The position numbers were made by a program, and so were the translations under genes. The notes beneath the pieces were generated by a model, which saw only the letters and a program-made list of their open reading frames with translations, did not search any database and was not told the DNA's origin. A stretch of 50,708 bases of DNA from Burkholderiales bacterium (lineage in GTDB: Bacteria; Pseudomonadota; Gammaproteobacteria; Burkholderiales; SG8-39), in contig DASYPG010000162.1 of NCBI GenBank assembly GCA_036006885.1, forward strand, positions 1-50,708, in the 5' to 3' direction. Positions 10,535 to 18,885 of the stretch are shown here, in pieces; positions within the stretch are counted from its first letter, which is position 1, and every line of letters begins with the position of its first letter.

Positions 10535-11434
10535 ATGCGCCTCACGCTGTGCGAGAACATGCGCGCAGTGCCTTACGTGCCGTTCTATCTCGCGCTGGCG
10601 GGCGGGTACTGGGAGAGCGAAGGGCTCGATATCCGCCACGTGGTGTCGCCAAGCACCTCGCGCACGGCAACGGCGCTCCTCGAGGGAACGGTCGACGTCT
10701 CGTGGGGCGGCCCGATGCGCGTGATGATGCATCACGACGCCGATCCGGCGTGCCCGCTGGTGTGCTTCGCGCAGGTCGTGGCGCGCGATCCGTTCATCCT
10801 CGTCGGCCGTACGCGCAAGCCCGCGTTCCGCTGGCACGACCTCGTCGGCCTGCGCGTCGCGCCGGCGGGCGACGTGCCTACGCCGTGGATGACCTTCCAG
10901 GACGACCTGCAGCGCGCCGGGCTCGACCCGGCGTCGATCGCCGGGCGTCGCGTGCGGCCGATGGCGCGCAACCTCGACGCCTATCGCCGCGGCACGGTCG
11001 ATGTGGTGCAGGTCTTCGAGCCCTACGCCGATGCATTGTTGAGCGAACGCCTCGGTCACGTCTGGCATCGCTTCACCGAGCGCGGCGACATCGCCTACAC
11101 GACGTTTTATGCGCCGCGCCGCTTCACGCGGTCGCGGCGCGAAGCGTGCCGGCGCCTGGTGCGCGGCATCGCGCGCGCGCAGGCCGCGCTCTTCGCCGCG
11201 ACGCCGGCGGCGATCGCCGACGCGGTGGCGAGCTTCCTGCCGAAGCTTACGCGCGTGGCGCTCGCGCGCATCGTCGGCGCTTATCGCACGAGCGGCTTGT
11301 GGTCGAAGACACCCGAGCTGCCGCCGTCGCCCTATGTGCGGCTCAAGGCGGCGCTGATTTCGGGCGGGCTCATCCGCAGCGACCCGCCGTACGAGCGTCT
11401 CGTCGACGCGGAACTTTCGCAAGCGGGCTCATGA
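10535..11434 (+). CDS. NMT1/THI5-fold (SsuA/TauA/ThiY-like) protein without a signal peptide
   Basis: VPYVPFYLALAGGYWESEGLDIRHV...LLEGTVDVSWGG resembles NitT/TauT-family binding proteins. The N-terminus (MRLTLCENMRAV) has no hydrophobic or lipobox leader. Confidence 0.6.
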   Translation: MRLTLCENMRAVPYVPFYLALAGGYWESEGLDIRHVVSPSTSRTATALLEGTVDVSWGGPMRVMMHHDADPACPLVCFAQVVARDPFILVGRTRKPAFRWHDLVGLRVAPAGDVPTPWMTFQDDLQRAGLDPASIAGRRVRPMARNLDAYRRGTVDVVQVFEPYADALLSERLGHVWHRFTERGDIAYTTFYAPRRFTRSRREACRRLVRGIARAQAALFAATPAAIADAVASFLPKLTRVALARIVGAYRTSGLWSKTPELPPSPYVRLKAALISGGLIRSDPPYERLVDAELSQAGS

Positions 11435-12378
11435 GCGCCGTACCGACCATCGATATCAGCAAGCACGAGGCGGCGGAAGAAGTGGCGCGTACCTGCGAAG
11501 AGACCGGCTTTCTCATCATCTCCGGCCATGGGTTCCCGCAAGAGCTGCTGGCGCGCGCGCAGCGCGAGCTCTTTGCTTTCTTCGATCTGCCAGCGGAGGT
11601 GAAGAACCGCTGGCACCCGACCGGTCCGTCGAAACAGCGCGGCTACCACGGCTTCGCGACGCGCGGGCTCGCCTACACCCTCGGGGCACAGACGCCGCCC
11701 GACCTGCGCGAGACCGTGTTCCTCGGCCCGGTCGACGACCATCGCGCTTACTACGCTGGGCTGCCCGAGGCCGCGACGAGCTACGCGCCTAACCTGGTCC
11801 CGGATGAGCTCGAAGCGACGCTGGTCGCGCTCTACCGGGAATACGAGCGGCTGGCGCGCGACATGATGCGCGTCTTCGCTGTGGCGCTAAAACTCCCGGA
11901 AAGCCACTTCGACGGCACGCTCGATCGGCACTTCAGCATCATGTCCTGCCATCACTACCCCGCGCTCGAGAAGCCGCCGCTGCCCGGGCAGCTGCGCACC
12001 GGCGCGCACACCGACTACGGCGCGATGACGCTTCTCGCCGCGACGGACGCCGAAGGCGGCCTGGAGGTGCGCATGCCCCACGGCGCCTGGGCACCCGTGC
12101 AGCCGCGCGCCGGGGAATTCGTCGTCAACCTCGGCGACATGATGGCGCGCTGGACGAACGAGCGCTGGGCCTCGACCCTGCACCGCGTGGTCAACCCGCC
12201 GCTCGGCAGGGCGCAGAGCCGCCGCCTATCGATCGGGATGTTCGTCCATCCGAATTACGACCAGCGCATCGAATGCGTGCCGACCTGCCTCGCCGCGGGC
12301 GAGACGCCTCGCTACCCGGTGATCACGGCCGGCGAGCACATCAAGCGCAAGATCGAGCGCAGCCATGAAACCGCCTAG
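11431..12378 (+). CDS. 2-oxoglutarate/Fe(II)-dependent oxygenase, isopenicillin-N-synthase-like family (315 aa)
   Basis: Start ATG 11431 (MSAVPTIDIS); the upstream part of ORF 10549..12378 is out of context. Motifs: HxD (GAHTDYGAMTLL), distal His (STLHRV) and RxS (RRLSIGMF). Confidence 0.85.
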   Translation: MSAVPTIDISKHEAAEEVARTCEETGFLIISGHGFPQELLARAQRELFAFFDLPAEVKNRWHPTGPSKQRGYHGFATRGLAYTLGAQTPPDLRETVFLGPVDDHRAYYAGLPEAATSYAPNLVPDELEATLVALYREYERLARDMMRVFAVALKLPESHFDGTLDRHFSIMSCHHYPALEKPPLPGQLRTGAHTDYGAMTLLAATDAEGGLEVRMPHGAWAPVQPRAGEFVVNLGDMMARWTNERWASTLHRVVNPPLGRAQSRRLSIGMFVHPNYDQRIECVPTCLAAGETPRYPVITAGEHIKRKIERSHETA

Positions 12379-12776
12379 CCGACGAGCGCGATGCACTCGA
12401 TCTCGATCTTCATTCCCGCCGAAAGCTGCACGCCGCAGGTCGTGCGCGCCGGCGGGTCCTTGGGGAAGAACTGCCAATACACCGCGTTCATGTTCTCGAA
12501 TTCGAGCATGTCGTAGAGGAGCACGTTGATCTTGACGACGCGCTCGAGCGAAGAGCCGGCCGATTCGAGGAGATGGCGCATGTTGGTGAGCGTCTGGCGC
12601 GTCTCGTGGGCCATGGTGCCGGGGCTGCGCTCGCCGGTTTCCGGGTCGGTGGAGAGCATGCCGGAGAGAAAGATGAAGTCCCCGGCGCGGATGCCGGGGC
12701 TGTGCGGCAGGTTGAAGTTGCGCGAGACGTTGAGGCGCTCGTTTCGTGGCGTGATGATTTGTCTTTCGATCGGCAT
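12375..12776 (-). CDS. RidA/YjgF/TdcF-family protein (133 aa)
   Basis: AGDFIFLSGMLSTDPETG ... PPARTTCGVQL ... IEIECIA. GAGGAAG RBS. Its stop shares a CTAG tetranucleotide with the convergent oxygenase stop. Confidence 0.85.
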   Translation of the reverse strand: MPIERQIITPRNERLNVSRNFNLPHSPGIRAGDFIFLSGMLSTDPETGERSPGTMAHETRQTLTNMRHLLESAGSSLERVVKINVLLYDMLEFENMNAVYWQFFPKDPPARTTCGVQLSAGMKIEIECIALVG

Positions 12777-12791
12777 GCGGCGCTTCCTCGG

Positions 12792-13199
12792 TCAGGCGAG
12801 AGCGATGGCGTCGAGCTGCACCTTGAAGGCGTCCATGATGCGCACGCTCCACACGGTGCGCGCCGGCGGCCCGCCCGGCACGTATTGGCGATAGACGCGG
12901 TTCAGTGCGTCGTACTCGATGCGGTCGTAGACCATCGCGCGCACCTGCACCAGGCGCTCGAGCGAGGAGCCGGCGCCCTCCAGCACGAGCTTCAGGTTCT
13001 GGAACGCGCGGTGCGCTTCGCTCGTCAGCGTGCCGTGCAGCCGCTCGCCGGTGTGCGGATCGACCGGCAGCACACCTGAGAGGAACAGATAGGGGCCGGC
13101 GCGGATCGCGCTGCTTTGCACCCAGCCGTAGCCGGCGGCCATGTCGAGGCCGGGGCAGGGCGGCGGGACCACGATGCGCTCGAGTGCCGGAGCGTTCAT
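12792..13199 (-). CDS. RidA/YjgF-family paralog (135 aa)
   Basis: Start ATG 13199 (MNAPALERIVV). Motifs AGPYLFLSGVLPVDPHTG ... PPARTVWSV. Confidence 0.8.
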   Translation of the reverse strand: MNAPALERIVVPPPCPGLDMAAGYGWVQSSAIRAGPYLFLSGVLPVDPHTGERLHGTLTSEAHRAFQNLKLVLEGAGSSLERLVQVRAMVYDRIEYDALNRVYRQYVPGGPPARTVWSVRIMDAFKVQLDAIALA

Positions 13200-13344
13200 G
13201 ACAGGGTGAATTCTAGTGGGCCATGACGCCGTGCAAGTACCGGCCCAACCACTTACGAACGCTGGGTTCGGAGACCCCGTAACAACCATGTCGAGAACCA
13301 TTTCGAGTCGACGGGCGAACGTGACCTTTGAGCGGTGCTTCTCG

Positions 13345-14295
13345 TCACACGGGGTTCATGCTTTGCGGCTGCAAGAGCGGCTTAGCGACCTTCTGGCAAG
13401 TAGACAGGCTGACGGGGCGCGCCGCGGCGATGACCGCCTTGGCCATAGCGGCGGCAACCTGAGTAAGCGGCGTATCGGTGCGCGTGAACATGCCGACGGC
13501 GAACGCCGGCAGCGGCTCGGCGACCGGTATTTCCCGCAGAAGATCTCCGAGCAGCGGATCGCAAAGCAGCTGGCGCACCAGAAAGCCGAGCATGTCGGTC
13601 TTCGCGATCAGCCTGATCGCCGTGTTGTAGGACTCGCACTGGGTCACCTGCTTCGGGACGGGCAATCCGGTCGGCGAAAATGCCTGGGCGAATGGACCAT
13701 CGGGCGCGTCCAGCGGAAGCAGCGACGTCCAGCACGCGTCGGCGAGCTGTGCGAGCGAGGTCGCCTTTTCGAGCGGATGACCCTTGCGCGCCACGACCGC
13801 GAAGTCGTTCCGGAACAGCGGGCGGAACGCCAGGCCGGAGTCGAGCGTGACGAGGGCCTTCCGGCAGATCGCAAAGTCGAGCGTTTCGTCCCGCACCATT
13901 GGAATGAGCGAATGGGGAAGGCCTTCGGCGATGTGAATTCGCGCCTGGGGGAACTGCTGCCGGAAGCGCGTAAGGGCCTCGGGTACCACTATCGCGGAGG
14001 TCGGCGAGACTCCGAAGGCCACAGCGCTTGCGCTCTGGCCTAGCTGGTCGACCTCCTCCTCGGCCTTGCGCAGCTCGGCCTGCGCGGCCCGCGCCCGTGC
14101 GAACAGCGCACGCCCGGGCTGGGTGGGCACGACGCCCGTCGGGGTCCTGCGGAGTAACCGCGCGCGCAGCTCGGTTTCCAGGCCCCGCACGCTTCGGGTA
14201 ATCGCAGGCTGCGACACCCCCAGCTTGCGCGCCGCGGCGCGTATGCCGCCCGACTCCACCACAGCGATGAAATCCCGGATTTGGTTGAGCTTCAC
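13345..14295 (-). CDS. LysR-family transcriptional regulator (316 aa)
   Basis: MKLNQIRDFIAVVESGGIRAAARKLGVSQPAITRSVRGLE is a wHTH, followed by an LTTR substrate-binding domain. Confidence 0.9.
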   Translation of the reverse strand: MKLNQIRDFIAVVESGGIRAAARKLGVSQPAITRSVRGLETELRARLLRRTPTGVVPTQPGRALFARARAAQAELRKAEEEVDQLGQSASAVAFGVSPTSAIVVPEALTRFRQQFPQARIHIAEGLPHSLIPMVRDETLDFAICRKALVTLDSGLAFRPLFRNDFAVVARKGHPLEKATSLAQLADACWTSLLPLDAPDGPFAQAFSPTGLPVPKQVTQCESYNTAIRLIAKTDMLGFLVRQLLCDPLLGDLLREIPVAEPLPAFAVGMFTRTDTPLTQVAAAMAKAVIAAARPVSLSTCQKVAKPLLQPQSMNPV

Positions 14296-14419
14296 GAGTG
14301 TTAACCGTTATGTGCTAATTCCGCGGCGGCCCAATAACCGCTGCGCATCGCGACACCAACTTGATCATCTTACCGCGATGGAGCACGCATGGTCAGATGA
14401 AGCTCAGGAGGAAACAAGC

Positions 14420-15796
14420 ATGAATAGAAGGCTCGTAACATCCTCGTTGTTGGCAGGCTCGATCGCCACCTTGTTCTTGTCCAAAGTCGAGATCGCGTCT
14501 TCCCAGTTCAGTTTCAACGCCAGCGATCCCGGCGTGCGCGGCGGAGCTCCAGGTGCCGGCAGGCCGTTCGCCAACTTGACCGCGAACCAGCGCGCATTCT
14601 TCGACTCGGGCGCGGCCGATTTCGCGGCCGCGGAAGAAGTCGACGAAGGTCTTGGCCCGCGGATGAACCTCGACAGTTGCGGCGGCTGCCACATCCAGCC
14701 CACGCTCGGCGGCACCAGTCCGTTCGTGAATCCCCAGGTCGCATTCGCCACGAAGAACGGAGGAACCGACACGCTTCCCTCCTTCATCCGACAGAACGGA
14801 CCGGTGCGCGAGGCACGCTTCGTGAAGAATCCGGACGGAACCGCGGACGGCGGCGTGCACGCGCTGTTCACGATCACCGGCCGCACCGGAGCCGACGGCT
14901 GCACGCTCGAGCAATCGGACTTCGCGGCGCAGCTCGCCAACCGCAACGTCATCTTCCGCATTCCTACGCCGACCTTCGGCGCCGGGCTGATCGAGCAGAT
15001 CCCCGACGCGCAGCTCCTCGCGAACCAGGCAAGCAACACGTCGCGGAAGCAATCGCTCGGGATCCGGGGCAAGCCGAACTTCCACGTCGCGGGCCGCACC
15101 ATTACCGGCATGACCAACAACAACGGCAACGACGGGACGATCGCGCGCTTCGGCTGGAAGGCGCAGAACAAGTCGCTGATGCTGTTCTCGGGCGAAGCCT
15201 ACAACGTCGAAATGGGCATCACCAACGAGCTGTTCCAGACCGAGCGCGAAGAAGCGCCTCAATGCCAGTTCGCGCCGGTGCCGAACGACGTCACCAACTT
15301 CGACGCCACGACGCCCGTCGAGGTGCTCGGCGGGGTCGAGCGGTTCGCGAACTTCATGCGCTTTCTGGAGGCGCCGCAGCCTTCTCCGAACGCGCCCGGA
15401 GGAGCCGACTCGATCGCAAACGGCAGGCAGAAGTTCGTCGACATCGGCTGCGCGCTGTGCCACACGCCCTCGTTCACCACGAGCAAGTCGACGGTCGCGG
15501 CGCTCAGCGAAAAGCCCGTGAACCTGTTCTCCGACCTCCTGGTGCACGACATGGGCGACGGACTGGCCGACGGCGTGAGCCAGGGCGAGGCGGGTCCCAG
15601 GGAGTTCCGCACCGCGCCGCTGTGGGGTCTCGGTCAGCGGATCTTCTTCCTGCACGACGGGCGGACCTCGAACCTCGAGCGCGCCATCAGCGAGCACTCG
15701 AGCAACGGCTCCGAAGCGAACGGCGTCGTCAACAACTTCAACAACCTCGGCGAGCGAAGCAAGCAGGACATCCTCAACTTCCTGCGCTCGCTGTAG
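14420..15796 (+). CDS. Secreted di-haem c-type protein, DUF1111 family (putative peroxidase / thiol oxidoreductase-like), 458 aa
   Basis: Start ATG 14420 after AGGAGGA. Signal-like N-terminus. Two CxxCH motifs (CGGCH, CALCH). C-terminal FRTAPLWGLG...FLHDGR is typical of this family. Confidence 0.75.
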   Translation: MNRRLVTSSLLAGSIATLFLSKVEIASSQFSFNASDPGVRGGAPGAGRPFANLTANQRAFFDSGAADFAAAEEVDEGLGPRMNLDSCGGCHIQPTLGGTSPFVNPQVAFATKNGGTDTLPSFIRQNGPVREARFVKNPDGTADGGVHALFTITGRTGADGCTLEQSDFAAQLANRNVIFRIPTPTFGAGLIEQIPDAQLLANQASNTSRKQSLGIRGKPNFHVAGRTITGMTNNNGNDGTIARFGWKAQNKSLMLFSGEAYNVEMGITNELFQTEREEAPQCQFAPVPNDVTNFDATTPVEVLGGVERFANFMRFLEAPQPSPNAPGGADSIANGRQKFVDIGCALCHTPSFTTSKSTVAALSEKPVNLFSDLLVHDMGDGLADGVSQGEAGPREFRTAPLWGLGQRIFFLHDGRTSNLERAISEHSSNGSEANGVVNNFNNLGERSKQDILNFLRSL

Positions 15797-15812
15797 CCCG
15801 CCCTACTCATCG

Positions 15813-15845
15813 ACCCGCGCCGGGATCCGGCGCGGGTTCTTTCGC
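15813..15845 (+). terminator. Rho-independent terminator candidate after the DUF1111 gene
   Basis: ACCCGCGCCGG-GAT-CCGGCGCGGGT gives a perfect 11-bp GC-rich stem. It is followed by TCTTTC. Confidence 0.6.
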
Positions 15846-15888
15846 TCGGCGAAGTCAACCGGACCGAGTTGCGCTACCTTCTGCTCCC

Positions 15889-17049
15889 ATGCGCTGGATC
15901 AAGAGCCCGGCCTGGGACCTCGTCTGGGTCCTGAACCCGCTGTGGTTGGCCCCCCTTGTCCTGCTGCTGGCGCGGGGTCATGACGACGTGCGCGCGAGCC
16001 CGGTGGACGGGCTGTTCTTCGCCCTCACGGTGCCTCTGTGGTTCGGCCACCGCATCTCGTCAGCCTGGCTGGCTTACGCGACCCCGGCCTACCGTCCCCT
16101 GCTGGCCACGCAGCGGCTCCGCTTCGTAGTGGCCCCCTTGGCCATCGCCGTGGCCTGTTTCGGACTGCTGCTGGCGCCCGAGAGCGTGCTGCCGATGCCG
16201 CTGACCGACCGCGTCGTCTGCTGCGCTATCCTGGACTACCTGCTGGTGAGTCACCATTTTGCCGCGCAGCACTTCGGGCTGCTCAGCCTCTACCGCGCAC
16301 GCGCGGGACGAGCGTCGGACGCGATAACGCGACGGCTCGATCGGTGGTTCGCGCTCGTCGTAGGCGGCGGTTTCGTCGTGCTGGCAGAGGCCTTGGCTGG
16401 ATCGATCGCCTTTCAGGAGCGCTGGATCGACCCGCTGCTGGGAGCAGTCGGGTCGAGGGTGTTCGCGCGCACGCTGCGCGATGGCGGCATCGTCTTCGTC
16501 CTGATTCTGACCGTTCTGATGCTGGGCGTCGAACTGCGCTCGCAACGCCCGTCGCTGCCGCGCGTCGCCTACGTCCTCGGCGTCTCGGCCATGGTGCTGT
16601 TCGCCTTTCTCGCGCGCGACCCCTTCCTGTTCATCGTGCTGTGGAGCGTGCAGCATTGGAGCGCCGCGATGGGGCTCGCCTCGCTCGCGGCTTCCGGTGG
16701 GGTCCAGGCCACTGGCGCGCGCTGGCAGCGGCTGTTGGCGCCCATCAATCGGCGCGGCTGGGCAGTGCTGCTCGTGCTCGCCGTCGTCTCCACGCTGCTG
16801 CTACCCGTGATGGAGGTGGAGGCTGTGAGCGACGAATACGCCTACGCCGACCGTATCTTCGGCGAAGCGGCACGGTGGCTGCGCTCCTCGCCCTTCGTGC
16901 CGGCGCTGCTGGCCTTGGGCTTCGCGGCCGGCTTCATTCACTACCTGCTGGATCGCGCTGCCTTCCGCTTCTCCTCGCCCGACGTGAGGCAGGCCGCCCG
17001 AGGGCTGCTTCTGGGTGGCCGCGGGAACGCCCTGCAGGAGCACCATTGA
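15889..17049 (+). CDS. Polytopic membrane protein of unknown function with conserved-looking His motifs (386 aa)
   Basis: Start ATG 15889 (MRWIKSPAWDLVWVLNPLW). About 9-10 hydrophobic segments. His clusters: WFGHRISS, VSHHFAAQHFG, VQHWSAAMG and FIHYLLDR. I recognise no family. Confidence 0.55.
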   Translation: MRWIKSPAWDLVWVLNPLWLAPLVLLLARGHDDVRASPVDGLFFALTVPLWFGHRISSAWLAYATPAYRPLLATQRLRFVVAPLAIAVACFGLLLAPESVLPMPLTDRVVCCAILDYLLVSHHFAAQHFGLLSLYRARAGRASDAITRRLDRWFALVVGGGFVVLAEALAGSIAFQERWIDPLLGAVGSRVFARTLRDGGIVFVLILTVLMLGVELRSQRPSLPRVAYVLGVSAMVLFAFLARDPFLFIVLWSVQHWSAAMGLASLAASGGVQATGARWQRLLAPINRRGWAVLLVLAVVSTLLLPVMEVEAVSDEYAYADRIFGEAARWLRSSPFVPALLALGFAAGFIHYLLDRAAFRFSSPDVRQAARGLLLGGRGNALQEHH

Positions 17050-17885
17050 AAACGATCACTTTTATCGGCCTCGGCGTCATGGGGCGGCTGATGGCGGCGA
17101 ACCTGGAGGCCGCCGGGTTCACCGTCCAGTCCTTCGACCTGAACCGGAAAGGCAACCGGAAATCGGCGCGCGCGGCGGCTGAAGGGGCCGATGCGCTGAT
17201 CACGATGCTGCCCGACGGCGATTCGGTGCGCGAAGCGGTGCTCGAGGCCCTTCCCTCGATCAAGCCCGGTGCCGTGGTGGTCGACATGAGCTCGTCCGAT
17301 CCGGCCGGGACGCGCGCCCTGGGACTTGCCTTGTCGAAGAATCGGATAGGAATGCTCGACGCGCCGGTGTCGGGCGCGAAGCTCAAGGCCAAGGACGGGA
17401 CGCTGTCGATCATGGTCGGCGGCGAGAAGGAAGCCTTAGCCAAGGTGCTTCCGGCTCTGCAGAAGCTGGGAAACCAGATCTTCCACGTGGGACCGCTGGG
17501 GGCCGGCCACGCGGTGAAGGCGCTCAACAATTACCTCGGCGCCGCCGGCACGCTGGCGGGATTCGAGGCGTTGCTGATCGCCGAGAAGCTCGGGCTCGAT
17601 CCGATGCCGATGCTGGACGCAATCAACGCCTCGACCGGCCGAAACAGCACCACCGCGCGCAAGATCCCCCAGGAGGTGATCAGCGGCGCCTTCAACTCGG
17701 GATTCAAGCTCGCGCTGATGACCAAGGACGTCGGGATCGCCGCCGACATGGCGCGCGGGCTGAAGCTGAACACGCCGTTCCTGAAGGAAACACTGAGGCA
17801 CTGGCGCGCGGCGCAGAGAAAGCTGCCGCTGGAGGCCGATCACACGGAAATCTACAAGTACCAGAAGAAGCTTACACGCGGATGA
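17046..17885 (+). CDS. NAD(P)-dependent beta-hydroxyacid dehydrogenase (3-hydroxyisobutyrate / tartronate-semialdehyde reductase family), 279 aa
   Basis: TTG start at 17046 overlaps the upstream stop (TTGA). Rossmann motif ITFIGLGVMGRLMAANL; LDAPVSG; GAGHAVKALNN. Confidence 0.8.
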   Translation: MKTITFIGLGVMGRLMAANLEAAGFTVQSFDLNRKGNRKSARAAAEGADALITMLPDGDSVREAVLEALPSIKPGAVVVDMSSSDPAGTRALGLALSKNRIGMLDAPVSGAKLKAKDGTLSIMVGGEKEALAKVLPALQKLGNQIFHVGPLGAGHAVKALNNYLGAAGTLAGFEALLIAEKLGLDPMPMLDAINASTGRNSTTARKIPQEVISGAFNSGFKLALMTKDVGIAADMARGLKLNTPFLKETLRHWRAAQRKLPLEADHTEIYKYQKKLTRG

Positions 17886-18859
17886 ACAAGTCGAATATGT
17901 CCCACGCTCGTGCGCTGCTCGCTTTTCTCTTGTGTTTGTGTGCAACCGGTGTGTGGGCGCAACCGTATCCTGCAAAGCCGGTGCGCGTGGTCGTGCCGTG
18001 GCCGCCCGCAGGCGTGACCGACGTGCTGACGCGCGCGCTCGCGCAGGCGATGAGCGAGTCGACCGGGCAGCAGTTCGTGGTCGAGAACCGCCCCGGCGCG
18101 GGGGGCACGCTCGGCCTCGCGCCCGTGGCGAAAAGCGCGCCCGACGGCTACACCATCGTCGCGAGCGACGTGCCGAGCCACGCGATCAGCGCGACCCTGT
18201 ACGCCAAGCTGCCGTACGACGTGCTGAACGACTTCGAGCCGATCGCCATGATCGCCGGCTCGCCGATGGTGCTGACGACCCATCCCTCGCTCGGCGTGCG
18301 CACGCTGCCGGAGTTCATCAAGCTCGCCAAGGCGAGTCCCGGCAAACTGTCGTACGGCTCCTCCGGCAACGGCTCGATCACGCACCTCGCGGTCGAGCGC
18401 CTCAAGCGCGAAACCGGCATCGATCTGGTGCATGTCCCCTACAAGGGAACCGTGCCGGCGATCGCCTCGGTGCTGGCGGGCGACACCGCGCTCGCCTTCG
18501 GCACCATCCCGGGCGTCGTGCCGCACGCCAAGGCCGGCAAGCTGGTGCTGCTCGGCGCCTCCTTCGGCAAGCGCTTCTCGCAGATCCCCGAAGTGCCGGC
18601 GATCGCCGAGACGGTGCCGGGCTACGACATGGGGTTCTACACTGCGCTGTTCGCGCCGGCGAAAACCCCGAAGGAGATCGTGGACAGACTCCACCAGGAA
18701 GTGGTGAAGGCGCATGCGCAACCCAAGGTGAAGGAGGTCTTCGCCAACAGCGCGGCCGAGCCCGGCGCGATGACGCCGGCGCAGCTCAAGCAGTACATCG
18801 CCGCCGAGGTGAAAGCCTGGGGCGAGGTAGTCAGTGCGGTGGGGCTCAAGATCGACTGA
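17882..18859 (+). CDS. Bug-family (TctC-like) tripartite tricarboxylate transporter substrate-binding protein
   Basis: Signal peptide; VVVPWPPAGVTDVLTR...ENRPGAGGTLG. ATGA overlap with the upstream gene. No TctA or TctB in the window. Confidence 0.9.
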   Translation: MNKSNMSHARALLAFLLCLCATGVWAQPYPAKPVRVVVPWPPAGVTDVLTRALAQAMSESTGQQFVVENRPGAGGTLGLAPVAKSAPDGYTIVASDVPSHAISATLYAKLPYDVLNDFEPIAMIAGSPMVLTTHPSLGVRTLPEFIKLAKASPGKLSYGSSGNGSITHLAVERLKRETGIDLVHVPYKGTVPAIASVLAGDTALAFGTIPGVVPHAKAGKLVLLGASFGKRFSQIPEVPAIAETVPGYDMGFYTALFAPAKTPKEIVDRLHQEVVKAHAQPKVKEVFANSAAEPGAMTPAQLKQYIAAEVKAWGEVVSAVGLKID

Positions 18860-18885
18860 CGGCGAGCGCAGTACGGAGCAACCGT

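Noticed and set aside
5744-13199. A Rut pyrimidine pathway (RutB-like isochorismatase, RutC-like RidA) or a 2-methylcitrate cycle (aconitase plus PrpB-like lyase).
   Set aside because: The key enzymes are missing. There is no RutA-type flavin monooxygenase or RutF reductase, and no PrpC synthase, PrpD or PrpF. Only individual folds are shared.
13200-13344. A riboswitch or small RNA in the 145-nt gap upstream of the RidA pair, and likewise in the gaps at 14296-14419 and 23410-23512.
   Set aside because: I could recognise no conserved riboswitch core or strong structure by eye. There are only short dyads (for example GTTAAC-CGTTA at 14300-14310 and GCGCA-N8-TGCGC at 23440-23457), compatible with ordinary promoter or operator DNA. 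A covariance-model scan would be needed.
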